From Snowella sp. (GTDB lineage: Bacteria; Cyanobacteriota; Cyanobacteriia; Cyanobacteriales; Microcystaceae): DNA of 64,000 nucleotides. This document shows positions 46,850 to 58,655 of this stretch, one piece after another; within the stretch, counting starts at the first letter, position 1, and each line of letters starts with the position of its first letter. A program made the translations under genes and the position numbers. Under the pieces are notes generated by a model. That model did not search any database. It saw only the letters and a program-made list of their open reading frames with translations, and was not told the origin of the DNA. The stretch lies in NCBI GenBank assembly GCA_035285545.1, contig JAYKGY010000129.1:15047-79046 (forward strand), in the 5' to 3' direction.

Positions 46850-49800
46850 TTAAATCATCTTCGATTTAAGCCATTGATTTAAGGCTTGTTTCACTTGAGG
46901 ATATTCAATTTGCAATTGCATGATAGAAGTGGCGAGCAGGGTAAGATTTTCTGCCTGACATTGATGGTTAATTTGTTGAGATAGGCGGGATAAGGTTTTA
47001 GCCCCAATGGAATGGCTACGGGATGTTAAGTTTTGCGCCACTTGCCCCAGATCGCTGAGGTCTTGTTTTTGATAGGCAATGAGAAGATTTGATACCATGC
47101 GATCGCTTTCTGTCAGATAACTTTGAACGATTTCCTGCATCAAGTCCAGATCGTTATCACAGAGGGTTTCTCGCATGATCTGAAGAACCGATTCATCTAA
47201 AGGTTCTGTGGGGAGCGTTTCCTCTGTAGAGTCCCTTGGTGTTGGGGTTACGTTGGGGTTCGCAATCCCTGGGGATGGAGGGCAGACAGCCTGAAAAATT
47301 GTGGATAATCCTTTGAGCGTGATCGGTTTGCTCAGATAGTCATCCATTCCGGCTTCTAAACAGGCTTCCCGATCGCCGAGCATGGCATTAGCGGTCATGG
47401 CAACAATATGAGGAGATGGATCAAGATACCGTTCTCGAATGAGTCGAGTGGTTTCTAAGCCATCGAGATTCGGCATTTGTACATCCATGAGGATGAGATC
47501 ATAGGGTTGAGATTCTAATTGCTGCAATACTTCGAGTCCATCCTTAGCCACATCCGCCTGATAGCCAAAAACCTGCAACATTTGTAGGGTCACTTTTTGG
47601 TTAATGGGGTTATCTTCCGCTAACAAAATACGTAACGAAGGAATGGTAGGTTCGATGGCTTCAACGAGGTCAACCGTCGGCGGCGCGATCGCGGGAGTCG
47701 TCCATTTCGCTTGCGTTTGAACCGCTTTCAGTAAGCTATTGTACAACTGGCTTTGACGGATGGGCTTACTCAACGTCGCCGTAAATAAGCTCGTCTCCTC
47801 ATCATCGAGGAGATACTGTCTTAGGGAAGTCAATAAAATTAAAGGAAAGGGGGCACGATTTTCCCATTGCGCGATCGCTTTTGCCAACATCACGCCATCG
47901 AGATCGGGCATCTGCATATCGAGGATCGCCACGTCTACGACTGCATCGGTTTTTAACCAAGCTAAGGCTTCATTTCCTGAGGCAACGGATTGGGGGATCA
48001 TGCCCCAGGATTGACACTGTAAGGTCAAAATTTTGCGATTGGTTTCATTATCATCCACAATTAACACCGATTTCCCCTGGAGATGGGGTAAGGTCTCTTC
48101 CTCAAAAAGGGGCCTATCCTCAATGGCAGTGGTCAAAAGGGTAAAGGAAAAGGTGGAGCCAACCCCAACTTGACTTTCGACCCACAACCTTCCTCCCATC
48201 AGTTGGGCTAAGCGTTGGCTAATGACTAAACCGAGTCCGGTTCCCCCGTAGTGGCGAGTGGTGGTGGAATCCACTTGGCTAAAGGCTTTAAATAACCGAT
48301 CTAAGCGGTCTTCTGGAATGCCGATCCCCGTATCTTTGATGCTAAATTCCAGTTGATGGGTGAGGGTTTCCTTTGAGCGATCGCTTGCTGTGGCAGGATC
48401 GTCTGGCCCATCCATGGGCAACACGGTGGCTTTAACCGATAAAATAACTTCTCCCGTTTGGGTAAATTTAATGGCATTCCCCAGTAAGTTAGACAAAATT
48501 TGGCAAATGCGCGTCCCATCCCCTTGAATAATTTCTGGGGTTTCCGGGGAGAAACTATAGGCCAGTTCCAATCCCTTGTCAATGGCTCTGGGGGCTAAAA
48601 TCTCTAAGGTATTTTCAATGGATTCTCGTAAATTAAAGATATAGTTATCTAATTCCAGTTTTTCCGCTTCAATCTTAGAAAAATCTAGAATATCGTTAAT
48701 AATAGTGAGCAAGTTATCACCGCTGGTGCGGATGGTTTCGGCGTAGTCCCGTTGACGGGAATTTAAATCCGTTGCCAATAACAGTTCGGTCATTCCAATG
48801 ACCCCATTCATGGGGGTGCGAATTTCGTGGCTCATCATGGCTAAAAATTCACTTTTGGCTCGATTCGCGGCTTCGGCAGCCCACTTAGCCTGTTCTAGAT
48901 CTGCATTTTTCTTACTGAGTTCTTGGCGACGGTGTTTTTCTTGTTCTAGCAGTTGGGCCTGGGCGAGGGCAATCCCCATTTGATCGGCGATCGCGGTGAC
49001 AAACTCGGTTTCTTCTGCTGTCCAATGCCGTTGTTGATCACATTGGTGCAAACTAATCACCCCATTCGGTCGCCCTTGGTAGGAAGTCCGAATCGCTAGC
49101 ATGGATTTTAAACCCACTTGTTCTGCCACAACCCGAACCGTTTCAAACAGCGGATCACTGAAAACGTCATCGGTAACAATCGCCTCATCTTTCTCTAATA
49201 CCGCGATCGCGTGGGCATTCCCCTCCACCGGAATAATGCGATTTAACATGGACAGATAACCGTCCTCTAGATACTCCGCCACAATGGGAATTTGGGCAAA
49301 GGGTTCCGCGACATAGGAGTGAATTAAACACCGATTTACCTGAAAAGCTCGCCCCACTTGTTCCGCCGTCGTTTGGAAAATTTCTAAGGGCTTCAGACTC
49401 TGCCGAATGTCCTGGGTAATCTGTTTGAGCAATAAAATTCGCTCCACTTGCAGTTTGAGGGCTTCCCGTGCGGCTTTCTGCTCCGTAATATCCACACAGG
49501 AGCCGATATAACCCGCAAAGCTACCGTCCGGCATAAATCGGGGGCTACCCGCATCTAATAACCAGCGATACTCCCCATCTGCCCGCAATAAACGGTATTC
49601 CATTTGAAAGCGTTCCCGTTGCTCAAAAGCCGTTGTATAGGTCTCTAAACAGCGTTCATAGTCGTCGGGATGAATGCCTTCTGTCCAACCATTGCCCAAT
49701 TCCTGTTCCATCAAACGTCCGGTAAAGGCTAGCCAAGCATGGTTGAAAAAAGTACAGCCCTTATCGACTCCCGCCATCCAGAGCAGCACAGGGGCACTAT

Positions 49801-51148
49801 CCGCCATACTGCGAAATCGATATTCACTTTCCCTAAGGGATTCTTCATGGTGCTTACTGGGCGTAATATCAAAGCGAATGGCTAGATACTGGTAGGGGTG
49901 TCCGGTTTCATCTAAAAATGGCACAATGGTCGTGTCAACCCAGTAGGATTCGCCATATTTATTGCGATTTTGAATTTCTCCATGCCAAACTCGTCCATGG
50001 GAAATGGTGTGCCATAAGTCCTGAAAAAATTGCGGTGGATGGAAGTCTGACTTGATGATGCGATGGGTTTTACCAATTAATTCTTGGCGAGAATAGCAGG
50101 AAACTTGGCAAAATTTATCATTAACGTAGGTAATAACGCCTTTTTGGTTGGTAATGGCGACAATAGCCGCTTCATCAAGGGCGGATTTTTGAACGGCCAG
50201 TTGTTTTAAGGTTTCCTGTAATGTGGCTTCTGTTTCTAAGCGTTGTTGAATGGCCACTTCTAGTTGGGTATTTCGCCGTCTAGACATTTGGGCATAATAC
50301 AGGGCCAACGCTAACATCCAGGCTAAAATCAATCCGCCGACTAAGACAAAAATCGCTAACGGAGACTGGGTTTCAGCGAGCAACTGGGGGCTAGGAATGA
50401 CGGTTAATTGCCATCGGATTCCTGACGGGTGGGTGATCAGGCGACTTTGTTTCCATTGTTGGGTGCGCCAGTCCGGATTAAGGTCTTGATAGAGGGTTTC
50501 TTTCCCATCGGTTAAAATAACGCCGAATAAGGATTTTTCTTCTCCGGTGAAAATTTGAGCAATAAAGCGTTGCAGATTAAAGTGTCCTTGAATAAAGCCG
50601 TCAAATTGTTGATTCACAAAAAGGAGGAAATAGACATAAAATCCCTTTTGATGATTGTGCAGCGTCAAACTGGGACTGAGATGAATTCGACGATAGGGGT
50701 GCTGGACAGCGATCGCTAACGGTTTTTGTTCGTCGGGCGATAGGGATTGATTTAATGGCTCAGCATAGACTTCGGGAGACACTAGCCAACGGCGTTTATA
50801 GTTTGGATCAACCCAACCCAGGGCTTGGTAAGAAGGAAAATCTTGCAATAATCTTTCGGCATCGGCTTTCCACTCTTTTTCCGGGATTCCTCCCCGGATT
50901 TCCCAGCGTTTTCCCATGCGCTCGATCACTTTAACGTTATTCTCTAGCTCTGTACTGATTTGGTTTTGGAGACTGTTCAGTTCATTGGTAACATGCTGTC
51001 GAATTTGACGATCATTGTCTTTGAGCAGCGATCGCCAGGCAACCAACGTTAAACCCGATAGGAACAGCCCCACCCATAAGGACAGACCATAACTTCTCCA
51101 ATAACCATTTTTAAATTGACTCACTATCGTTTTGGGTTTTATCGACAT
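46850..51148 (-). CDS. Hybrid sensor histidine kinase (TM-CHASE-like-TM, 2xPAS, GAF, HisKA, HATPase, 2xREC, Hpt-like)
   Basis: [27 protein letters not shown], receivers LDMQMP and MDVQMP, C-terminal helical Hpt-like domain. Confidence 0.95.
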   Translation of the reverse strand: MSIKPKTIVSQFKNGYWRSYGLSLWVGLFLSGLTLVAWRSLLKDNDRQIRQHVTNELNSLQNQISTELENNVKVIERMGKRWEIRGGIPEKEWKADAERLLQDFPSYQALGWVDPNYKRRWLVSPEVYAEPLNQSLSPDEQKPLAIAVQHPYRRIHLSPSLTLHNHQKGFYVYFLLFVNQQFDGFIQGHFNLQRFIAQIFTGEEKSLFGVILTDGKETLYQDLNPDWRTQQWKQSRLITHPSGIRWQLTVIPSPQLLAETQSPLAIFVLVGGLILAWMLALALYYAQMSRRRNTQLEVAIQQRLETEATLQETLKQLAVQKSALDEAAIVAITNQKGVITYVNDKFCQVSCYSRQELIGKTHRIIKSDFHPPQFFQDLWHTISHGRVWHGEIQNRNKYGESYWVDTTIVPFLDETGHPYQYLAIRFDITPSKHHEESLRESEYRFRSMADSAPVLLWMAGVDKGCTFFNHAWLAFTGRLMEQELGNGWTEGIHPDDYERCLETYTTAFEQRERFQMEYRLLRADGEYRWLLDAGSPRFMPDGSFAGYIGSCVDITEQKAAREALKLQVERILLLKQITQDIRQSLKPLEIFQTTAEQVGRAFQVNRCLIHSYVAEPFAQIPIVAEYLEDGYLSMLNRIIPVEGNAHAIAVLEKDEAIVTDDVFSDPLFETVRVVAEQVGLKSMLAIRTSYQGRPNGVISLHQCDQQRHWTAEETEFVTAIADQMGIALAQAQLLEQEKHRRQELSKKNADLEQAKWAAEAANRAKSEFLAMMSHEIRTPMNGVIGMTELLLATDLNSRQRDYAETIRTSGDNLLTIINDILDFSKIEAEKLELDNYIFNLRESIENTLEILAPRAIDKGLELAYSFSPETPEIIQGDGTRICQILSNLLGNAIKFTQTGEVILSVKATVLPMDGPDDPATASDRSKETLTHQLEFSIKDTGIGIPEDRLDRLFKAFSQVDSTTTRHYGGTGLGLVISQRLAQLMGGRLWVESQVGVGSTFSFTLLTTAIEDRPLFEEETLPHLQGKSVLIVDDNETNRKILTLQCQSWGMIPQSVASGNEALAWLKTDAVVDVAILDMQMPDLDGVMLAKAIAQWENRAPFPLILLTSLRQYLLDDEETSLFTATLSKPIRQSQLYNSLLKAVQTQAKWTTPAIAPPTVDLVEAIEPTIPSLRILLAEDNPINQKVTLQMLQVFGYQADVAKDGLEVLQQLESQPYDLILMDVQMPNLDGLETTRLIRERYLDPSPHIVAMTANAMLGDREACLEAGMDDYLSKPITLKGLSTIFQAVCPPSPGIANPNVTPTPRDSTEETLPTEPLDESVLQIMRETLCDNDLDLMQEIVQSYLTESDRMVSNLLIAYQKQDLSDLGQVAQNLTSRSHSIGAKTLSRLSQQINHQCQAENLTLLATSIMQLQIEYPQVKQALNQWLKSKMI

Positions 51149-51363
51149 TGCATCCCCAACACCTGCTTGAACCGTAAACCCATTTTCCGCTCAATTCCGA
51201 CTGATTAAAAATCCAATCTTGTTACTAAACTTAACAACAATCTCAACAACCGTCAAAGACATTCATAAAATGGCATACTGGCATGGGAACGGTAACGTCA
51301 TGCGTGTGCAACAATTGTAACGATATACTAAGTTGGGAGACAAAGCGGAGGTACTCAAAGACC

Positions 51364-52047
51364 GTGAATCCAGTTGAACTTATGCAAAAAGGTGGCCCGA
51401 CAATGGTGCCACTAGTGATTCTTTCTATCCTATCGATTAGCATTATTATTGAAAGAATTTGGTTTTGGAGTCGAGTGCTTTTCAAGAGTTCTCAAGTATT
51501 AAATCGAATTCTTGACACTGCCGGCAGAGATTGGGATTTGGCCGCGAAAGTCGCAAAAGATAACCAAAATCAGCCCATTGGCAAGTTTCTCCTCGCTCCA
51601 TTACGACTCAATCATCCCGATCCGGAAGTTTTTCATTTAGCCCTAGAAGCGGCGGCGGACGATGAATTGGCTTTAATGCGACGGGGCGATAAGGTTTTAG
51701 AGGCAATTATTGCCCTTTCTCCCCTATTAGGTCTATTGGGAACCGTTGTCGGACTGATTCGCTCGTTAAGCTCGATTCAGATTAGTGATTTAGGCACTTC
51801 CTCGACGGCGGGGGTAACCCTGGGGATTTCCGAATCGTTGATTTCAACGGCGGCGGGCATGATTGTTGCCATTATTAGCCTCGCGTTTTACCGAATTTTT
51901 CAAGGACTTTGGTTTAATCAAATGCGAATTTTTCGTAAAGCAGGCAGCGATCTAGAAGTCATTTATCGTCAACGTTGGCTGGATGAGGAAGAACATCACT
52001 ATACCGAAGGCTACGATCCCCTGCCATCTGATCGTAGTGAGCGTTAA
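51364..52047 (+). CDS. exbB: MotA/TolQ/ExbB proton channel protein
   Basis: [35 protein letters not shown] 51364 with GGAGG RBS. Confidence 0.9.
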   Translation: MNPVELMQKGGPTMVPLVILSILSISIIIERIWFWSRVLFKSSQVLNRILDTAGRDWDLAAKVAKDNQNQPIGKFLLAPLRLNHPDPEVFHLALEAAADDELALMRRGDKVLEAIIALSPLLGLLGTVVGLIRSLSSIQISDLGTSSTAGVTLGISESLISTAAGMIVAIISLAFYRIFQGLWFNQMRIFRKAGSDLEVIYRQRWLDEEEHHYTEGYDPLPSDRSER

Positions 52048-52108
52048 GATTTTGATGAGCCGTTTTCCGATGTAATTTTTTGATTCCCTCCTTTTTTCCC
52101 TAAATCTT

Positions 52109-52915
52109 ATGATTCCAACGCCTAACCTCTCCCGAAAATCCCGTAAGCCCAAACTGTACCATCCCACTCGTCCTCTGAAATTGTGGAGTGATCAATCCCC
52201 CCACGCCGAGGAAGTGCGGATCGAACTGGTTCCCATGATTGATGTGATTTTCTGTATTCTCACTTTTTTCATCCTGGGGGCAGTGGGCCTATCTCGGCAA
52301 CAGGCTATCGGTTTGGATCTGCCCAAGGCCAGTACGGGCGCGCCCCAAATGCGAGAAATGTTGGTGGTGACGTTGGATGATCTGGGTCAGCTTTATGTGG
52401 AAAAACAGCCGGTTACTCGCAATCAATTATTGGATTCCCTCAAAAATTATCATCAATATAATCCCAGGGGCTTAATGGTTCTCCATGCCTCTCGTAATGC
52501 AACCTACAATGATGTGGTTCAAATTTTGGATTTACTGCGTCAAGTCGGGGGCGATCGCGTCGCTTTAGCAACCTTACCGGGGGAAGCCCAATCCCCTAGC
52601 TCTCCTAATCCCAGCAATTTTAGTAATCCCAATCTGGGCACGGCTAATCCGTTTGGGACTTCTAATAATTTAGGAACAACCAATAACTTACCCGGCAATT
52701 ACGGAACTCCTTTACCGCCAACAATCCCGAATACGACCATTCCGGGGATGCCTAATCTGCCCAATTCCGTTAATCCTTCTGCTCCTTCCAATTTACCTGG
52801 CGGTCTTCCCAATTCTTCTACGATTCCCAATCCGGCTTCTCCCCTCCAGCCCAACAATTCCGCCGTTCCAGGTTTACCCAATGCTGCCCCCAATTCCTTA
52901 CCGAGAAGACCTTAA
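52109..52915 (+). CDS. exbD: ExbD/TolR protein with long Pro/Asn-rich C-terminal tail
   Basis: IELVPMIDVIFCILTFF, LDLPKA, VVQILD; about 110-aa low-complexity tail. Confidence 0.88.
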   Translation: MIPTPNLSRKSRKPKLYHPTRPLKLWSDQSPHAEEVRIELVPMIDVIFCILTFFILGAVGLSRQQAIGLDLPKASTGAPQMREMLVVTLDDLGQLYVEKQPVTRNQLLDSLKNYHQYNPRGLMVLHASRNATYNDVVQILDLLRQVGGDRVALATLPGEAQSPSSPNPSNFSNPNLGTANPFGTSNNLGTTNNLPGNYGTPLPPTIPNTTIPGMPNLPNSVNPSAPSNLPGGLPNSSTIPNPASPLQPNNSAVPGLPNAAPNSLPRRP

Positions 52916-52949
52916 TTGTTTGATGGAATAAAACCCGGATTTTCATCCT

Positions 52950-53339
52950 TTAGGAATGAACTCGCTGAGCAATTAATTGTTCTTCCAAGGCAGCAATACG
53001 GTGATAGGCCGCCGTAATTTGCGCGGTCAAACGGTGTACTTGAATATCCGCAGAGAGGGGCTGATCTTCTTGGAGTGTCCAAAAAGAAAAATGTTCCTCC
53101 TCATCGTTTAAAACATCTTTATGAAACAATCTAGAAGCGGAATGAGTTTGCTCGCTATCGCCGGAAGAAGTCTCCCTAAAATGATTAAAGGACATTGAAG
53201 GTTTAGCATCCTGGTTATAAAAAGTCAAAGATTTATTACTTAAGGCCGTAATTTGTTTACTTAGCTGTAGTACCAAGCAATGAAGTTGATCGACTTTAAA
53301 ATTGAGTTCTAGAATTTGTTCTTGTAGGGAGCTATCCAT
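52950..53339 (-). CDS. Conserved cyanobacterial coiled-coil protein
   Basis: HKDVL and IQVHRLTAQITAAYHRIAALEEQL motifs. Confidence 0.75.
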   Translation of the reverse strand: MDSSLQEQILELNFKVDQLHCLVLQLSKQITALSNKSLTFYNQDAKPSMSFNHFRETSSGDSEQTHSASRLFHKDVLNDEEEHFSFWTLQEDQPLSADIQVHRLTAQITAAYHRIAALEEQLIAQRVHS

Positions 53340-53467
53340 AACTATTTTTGGCTACCTTCTTGTTTTTTTCCATGTTAAAAGAAAACTCCCAAAGACGAAT
53401 AACCTTTCCGATTGATTTAATGATTTCTTCATTGGTCTTAATATATAAGCTTAAATAGATTAGATTT

Positions 53468-54649
53468 ATGCAAGTGTCTCTACCCATAGCTAGATTGAAT
53501 CGCCGCACTTTTTTGGTCAATGCCGGAATGGCGATTTTAGGTCAAAGTTTGCTAGGTTGTGGAGCGACCTCTACCGCCTTAGAAATTCTATTTTTAAAAA
53601 ATTCTTTGCCGCCCCAATTAATTAGTCGTTTTCAACAACAAATTAAATCCAACAATTCTGTCAATTTTAAAGCAGAATCTCAGTTAAAAACACTTTTTGA
53701 ATTATTACAAACGTGGCAAAATCCCCGATCCAGAAAATCAAGTTTATTGTCCCGATTTCCCCTGATCAATTCGACTTCTGACGCGATCGCCAATTTAGTG
53801 ACGACAGGAGATGTCTGGTTAAGCGACGCTATCCAAAAACAATTCATACAACCCTTAAATCTATCGAGCCTGTCTAATTGGTCGCAATTAAATCCCCGTT
53901 GGCATCAATTGGTGCAGCGCAATCAGCAGGGACTTCCCGATCCCCAGGGGAAAATCTGGGCGGCTCCCTATCGTTGGGGCACGACGATGATTGTTTATCG
54001 TAAGGATAAATTTAAAACCTTGGGGTGGACTCCTAAAAACTGGGACGATCTGTGGCGAAAAGAATTACAACAACGCCTTTCCTGTGTGGATCAGCCCAGG
54101 GAAGTTATTGGCTTGACCTTAAAAAAATTAGGTTTGTCCTATAACCCGACGGAACTTACTAATCTGCCCCAACTGAAAACCGAATTAATCGCCTTCCAAA
54201 GACAAGTCAAGTTTTTTAGCGATCGCTTTTACTTACAACCGCTTTTATTAGGTGACGTTTGGGCCGCGATCGGTTGGTCAAATGAGATTTTGCCCTTACT
54301 CAATCGGGAATCGGATCTGGCAGCCGTCATTCCTGAATCAGGCACCTCTCTGTGGGCAGACCTCTGGGTTCAACCGAAATCAGCACAACCAACCAATGCT
54401 CTTTTGGAAGACTGGTTAAATTTTTGTTGGCAACCCGAAGCCGCGAATCAAATCTCCCTTTTTAGTAACGGCATTTCTCCCCGACTAGAAAGCTTAGCCC
54501 CTTCTGATATTCTTCCCAAGATTAAAAATAATCCCTTACGCTTGATCCCAAACGATCTTCTAGAGCGATGTGAATTCCTCTATCCTCTTGCCCCCGAAGT
54601 CCAGCAACAGTTTTTAACCCTGTGGAAAGAAGTTCGTCAGTCGGCTTAA
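53468..54649 (+). CDS. PotD-like ABC transporter substrate-binding lipoprotein (Tat signal)
   Basis: RRTFL..LLGC lipobox, PYRWGT..I.YR, P.SGTSLWAD.W. Confidence 0.85.
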   Translation: MQVSLPIARLNRRTFLVNAGMAILGQSLLGCGATSTALEILFLKNSLPPQLISRFQQQIKSNNSVNFKAESQLKTLFELLQTWQNPRSRKSSLLSRFPLINSTSDAIANLVTTGDVWLSDAIQKQFIQPLNLSSLSNWSQLNPRWHQLVQRNQQGLPDPQGKIWAAPYRWGTTMIVYRKDKFKTLGWTPKNWDDLWRKELQQRLSCVDQPREVIGLTLKKLGLSYNPTELTNLPQLKTELIAFQRQVKFFSDRFYLQPLLLGDVWAAIGWSNEILPLLNRESDLAAVIPESGTSLWADLWVQPKSAQPTNALLEDWLNFCWQPEAANQISLFSNGISPRLESLAPSDILPKIKNNPLRLIPNDLLERCEFLYPLAPEVQQQFLTLWKEVRQSA

Positions 54650-54728
54650 TCCACGTTCAGCAATATAGTCGTTTTAACAAGAACAAGCGTTTGTTTAACG
54701 TCCCTCTTCTTGCTTTTCACTATTATTT

Positions 54729-55061
54729 CTACAAAAACTCAACCTTGCCGTACATATAATCAGATTCTAAACATTCCCAAATCAAAACCAAATTACTAGT
54801 AACCTTTCCAATCGCTTGACGTTGATGCGAATAAATAATGCCACAGTGTTCTAATCCCATTGAAGATAAAACTAGAAAATCATCATCAAAAGTAAAAATA
54901 ACTCGGCCTTACGATAAAGCATAAGCTAATTGCTCTTCATCAGAAGCTCCCATCAGTCCTTCCTCTGGAGAGGTTGTAACATCAATCCCTCGAATCCTTA
55001 AACCTTTAGCGATCGCATTAGAAACACTCTCATCAAGGTGAAACTTTATCCTATTCGCCAT
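54729..55061 (-). pseudogene. DUF5615 (PIN-like) toxin with in-frame nonsense codon
   Basis: MANRIKFHLDESVS..LRIRGIDV..GASDEEQLAYALS*GRVIFTFDDDFL..HCGII...VEFL. TAA at 54909-54911 (codon 51), natural TAG at 54729. Start overlaps the DUF433 stop. Confidence 0.85.
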
Positions 55062-55368
55062 TATTGCCCTGTAAGAGTTTTTCGATCAAAGAAGGTTTAT
55101 CTCCCTGTAACTGTTTCGCATAATTCTCGCTGGCTTCAATATCTTGGCGAATTTCCTCTCGATGATCATGGTAATAAGCCAAAGCCGCATAAACATCAGC
55201 TAACGTAATAGTTGGGTAATGATAAATAATCTCATCAGGCGACATTCCCATTTTTTCATGCCAAATCACAATATCTTGTACCTTGATTCGATGACCCGCA
55301 ATACGAGGTTTGCCGCCACAAATACCGGGGGTTACTTCAATATGTTGTGTAAGAATTAAAGACGACAT
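55051..55368 (-). CDS. DUF433 antitoxin
   Basis: TPGICGGKPRIAGHRI.V, LADVYAALAYY. Confidence 0.93.
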   Translation of the reverse strand: MSSLILTQHIEVTPGICGGKPRIAGHRIKVQDIVIWHEKMGMSPDEIIYHYPTITLADVYAALAYYHDHREEIRQDIEASENYAKQLQGDKPSLIEKLLQGNNGE

Positions 55369-55529
55369 GATAATTTATTTATTTCAATAAACTATAGTAT
55401 TTATAGCATTTTTCTTAAAAAATTGTGATCACCGCTTTCGTAATTAATAATTTTCAGGATGAGGTCGAAACCGATATCATTAAAGCCAGAAAAACTATTG
55501 AATGATTTAAGTTGAGCACGCAAGAGTGA

Positions 55530-56492
55530 ATGCTTTCCTATTTAATTAAACGCCTATTGATTGCCCTGATTACCCTATTGGGAACGAGTTTAGTCATTTT
55601 TATGATTTTGGCGATCGCGCCGGGGGACCCCTTGGGAGAATTAGCCAGCAACCCCGCCATTACCGAAGAAGTCCGCGAAAATATTCGCCGCAGTTTAGGA
55701 CTCGATCAACCGATTCCCATTCGTTACCTTAAATGGTTAATGTCCCTATTAAAAGGAGATTTAGGCTATTCTTTCACGAGCCGTAGTCCTGTGATAGAAC
55801 TGATTGGGCAACGCTTACCGACGACGTTATGGGTAGTGGGTTCGGCCTATATTTTAAGTGTTTTTATTGCGGTTCCCTTGGGTGTTATTTCGGCGATTAA
55901 ACGCTATTCTTGGCTCGATCAATTCGTGACAACTATTAGCTTAATCGGATTTTCTTTACCCACTTTCTTAACCGGATTAGTTGCCATTATTATTTTTAGT
56001 GTGCAATTAAAATGGGTTCCTTTTATTTATAACAGCACCCTAGAAGTCAATAATTTTAATAATTTTGCCGGCTTAATTCAGCAATCTATTTTACCCGTTT
56101 GTGTTTTAGCTTTTTATCAATGGGCAATCCTAATGCGCTTTGTCCGTTCAGCCGTATTAGAAGAAATTCCCCAGGATTATATCCGAACCGCTTATGCTAA
56201 AGGCTTAACGCCCTGGGCTGTTTTAACCCATCATTTATTACGAAACGCGATGATTCCGGTTGTAACCTTAATTGCGCTAGATATTCCTTCCATTTTTACA
56301 GGCGCGTTAGTGACAGAACAGGTTTTTCGCGTTCCGGGCATTGGGGCATTAATGATTGAATCAATTTATCGAAAAGATACGCCCGTCGTGATGGCAGTGA
56401 CGTTTATTTATGCTGTATTAATTATTGTTTTTAATACCTTAGCCGACCTCAGTTATGGTGTTCTCGATCCTAGAGTAAAATATGACCCATAA
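55530..56492 (+). CDS. Oligopeptide/dipeptide ABC permease (OppB/DppB family)
   Basis: GLDQP..RY..W...GDLG.S, DYIRTAYAKGL EAA loop, DPRV ending. Confidence 0.92.
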   Translation: MLSYLIKRLLIALITLLGTSLVIFMILAIAPGDPLGELASNPAITEEVRENIRRSLGLDQPIPIRYLKWLMSLLKGDLGYSFTSRSPVIELIGQRLPTTLWVVGSAYILSVFIAVPLGVISAIKRYSWLDQFVTTISLIGFSLPTFLTGLVAIIIFSVQLKWVPFIYNSTLEVNNFNNFAGLIQQSILPVCVLAFYQWAILMRFVRSAVLEEIPQDYIRTAYAKGLTPWAVLTHHLLRNAMIPVVTLIALDIPSIFTGALVTEQVFRVPGIGALMIESIYRKDTPVVMAVTFIYAVLIIVFNTLADLSYGVLDPRVKYDP

Positions 56493-56568
56493 CGTTGGTT
56501 GATAACATGACGCTGAGCCATACAATTATTCACTTTAATTCTCAGTTTTAACAAGTTGGAGATAAAAA

Positions 56569-57576
56569 ATGCAAGCGATCGCGATGACCAAACCAGGCTC
56601 TCCTGAAGTATTACAACTGCAAGAAATCCCAACGCCTCAAATTCAAACGCCCACCCAATTACGGATTCAATTAAAAGCCGCCGGAGTGAATCCCATTGAT
56701 ACGAAACTACGACAACGCGGAACATTTTATCCCGATCAAATGCCTGCTGTTTTAGGGTGTGATGGGGCAGGTATCGTGGAAGCAGTCGGCTCGGCGGTTC
56801 AAAACTTTAGTGTCGGCGATCGCGTTTATTTCTGTGCGGGGGGATTAGGTCAAACCGGAACCGGAAATTATGCCGAATATGCCGTCGTTGAAGAACACTG
56901 CGTAGCCCATAAACCCGAATCCCTATCCTTTGCTGAAGCTGCGGCGGTTCCGTTGGTCATGATTACGGCATGGGAATCGCTGTATGATCGAGGACGATTA
57001 GAAGCCGGACAAACCGTGTTAATTCATGCGGGGGCTGGTGGTGTGGGCCATGTGGCTATTCAGTTAGCCAAACTCAGGGGGGCAGAAGTTTTAACAACCG
57101 TAAGCTCACCCGATAAAGAACGATTAGTCCGTCAATTGGGGGCAGATTACCCCATTCTCTATCGACAAACGGATTTTGTTGAGGCGGTTCTCTCCCAGAC
57201 TCATGGAAAAGGTGTGGATTTAGCCTTTGATACTGTCGGTGGTAAAACCTTTTTTGAAACGGCTCCTGCGGTCAAAGTTTATGGCGATCTCGTCACTCTT
57301 TTGGAGCCAAATTTTAACGATGGCAATTTTAAAGTCGCTCGTAATCGCAATTTACGCATCAGCCTGGAAATTATGTTAACCCCAAATTTAATCGGTTTAA
57401 CAGAGGCCCAAAAACACCAAGCCCACATTCTTCGACAAGCGGCTCAATGGATTGATGAGGGGAAATTAAAAATTCACCTAGCCCAAACCTTCCCGCTTAC
57501 AGAAGCGATCGCTGCCCACGAATCCCTAGAAACCGGATCAACCACAGGAAAAATCGTCTTAGTAATGGAAGATTAG
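56569..57576 (+). CDS. NADPH:quinone oxidoreductase / MDR-family dehydrogenase
   Basis: AAGVNPID, GCDGAG, IHAGAGGVG, GKIVL. Confidence 0.9.
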   Translation: MQAIAMTKPGSPEVLQLQEIPTPQIQTPTQLRIQLKAAGVNPIDTKLRQRGTFYPDQMPAVLGCDGAGIVEAVGSAVQNFSVGDRVYFCAGGLGQTGTGNYAEYAVVEEHCVAHKPESLSFAEAAAVPLVMITAWESLYDRGRLEAGQTVLIHAGAGGVGHVAIQLAKLRGAEVLTTVSSPDKERLVRQLGADYPILYRQTDFVEAVLSQTHGKGVDLAFDTVGGKTFFETAPAVKVYGDLVTLLEPNFNDGNFKVARNRNLRISLEIMLTPNLIGLTEAQKHQAHILRQAAQWIDEGKLKIHLAQTFPLTEAIAAHESLETGSTTGKIVLVMED

Positions 57577-57720
57577 CAAAAAATGAGTTTTTAAGGGGTT
57601 ATCCCCCCGAATTTGTCTTGGTTGACAAACTTTAAACCCTCGCTTCTTAAACTATATTTTCCTAATCAACGAATTTATTGTTATCCTGACTGTTATTGTT
57701 CATTGAATTAAAAACAGAGT

Positions 57721-58596
57721 TTATTGAGAGGTTTCATTGAAGTATTGAATATAGAGCGATCGCAGTTTTTCCTGAAAATGGGTTCTGACCGAATCGGGGC
57801 TAATAATTTGGCAACTCTCAAAATAAGGCGCGATATCTCGGAAAAACCAAAAGGTAGCAAAAACACGGCGAGTAATGGTACGGGTGGGGGGATTTCCTGA
57901 AATTTCTCCAATATCGAGATCATCGGCTTTATAACCTGTTTTGCCATAGTTAAAAGCCAAATTGCCATAAAGTTCAAAGGTAACGGCGACGTGATCTAAC
58001 TGGGGTTGCCAAGGTTGTTTAACAGGATTAACGGCAGCTTCTTGGATGCGGTCTAGACGGAATGTCCAGTTATGTTGCAACTCAGGAATATCAGTATTCC
58101 CTTCGCTTTCTTGGCAGGTACAAACGAGATATTGATGTTTTTCTAGTAACTTCAATTCGGCGTGTAGGACGGTAAAGGTAAATTGGCGGTTTGATGGATC
58201 GACATAGCTAAGTTGAAAAGAGCGTCTTTGGGAGATGAAATTTTCAATCTCTCTACGCCAACTGGGTTTAGGATTTTCTAGGAATTTCTCAATTTCTTGT
58301 TTTAGTGGATATTTTAATTCGCTCCGTTGTTGGAGTATACGGGCAATAATTTCCGCTTCTGATAGTTTACCTGTATCAATCAATAATTGTCTGGCTTGTT
58401 CGAGGGATTGGATTTGTTGGTCTGTCCAGTCATGATTAATAGCGATTCGGAGTTCTTTTTTCGCGATCGCGGTGATGAGTTTGGAAATGTTGGGTTTATC
58501 GCCCCACGTATAGCCTAAATCATTGGCAAGGGTTTCCAATTCAAGCTTTTCTGTTTCTTTAATTGATAAGGTAATCGATGCGCCTTTACGTCCCAT
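57721..58596 (-). CDS. CRISPR-associated WYL transcriptional regulator (RHH-WYL-WCX)
   Basis: N-terminal RKGASITLSI (RHH), QYL.C.C...WTFRLDRI WYL core, C-terminal C.IISP..VR. Divergent from the cas operon, as Sll7009-type regulators are. Confidence 0.92.
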   Translation of the reverse strand: MGRKGASITLSIKETEKLELETLANDLGYTWGDKPNISKLITAIAKKELRIAINHDWTDQQIQSLEQARQLLIDTGKLSEAEIIARILQQRSELKYPLKQEIEKFLENPKPSWRREIENFISQRRSFQLSYVDPSNRQFTFTVLHAELKLLEKHQYLVCTCQESEGNTDIPELQHNWTFRLDRIQEAAVNPVKQPWQPQLDHVAVTFELYGNLAFNYGKTGYKADDLDIGEISGNPPTRTITRRVFATFWFFRDIAPYFESCQIISPDSVRTHFQEKLRSLYIQYFNETSQ

Positions 58597-58626
58597 AGTG
58601 TACGTCCACTTTCTAACCTAGCTACC

Positions 58627-58655
58627 TTGTTATTATCGGGCATGACAGCCATAAT
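58627..58655 (+). promoter_or_regulatory. Candidate sigma70 promoter of the cas operon
   Basis: TTGTTA (58627-58632), 17 nt, CATAAT (58650-58655). Confidence 0.55.

Noticed and set aside
51283..51363. N-terminal extension of exbB in the ORF track
   Set aside because: GTG 51364 has a GGAGG SD and matches the usual ExbB start; the extension is likely promoter/UTR.
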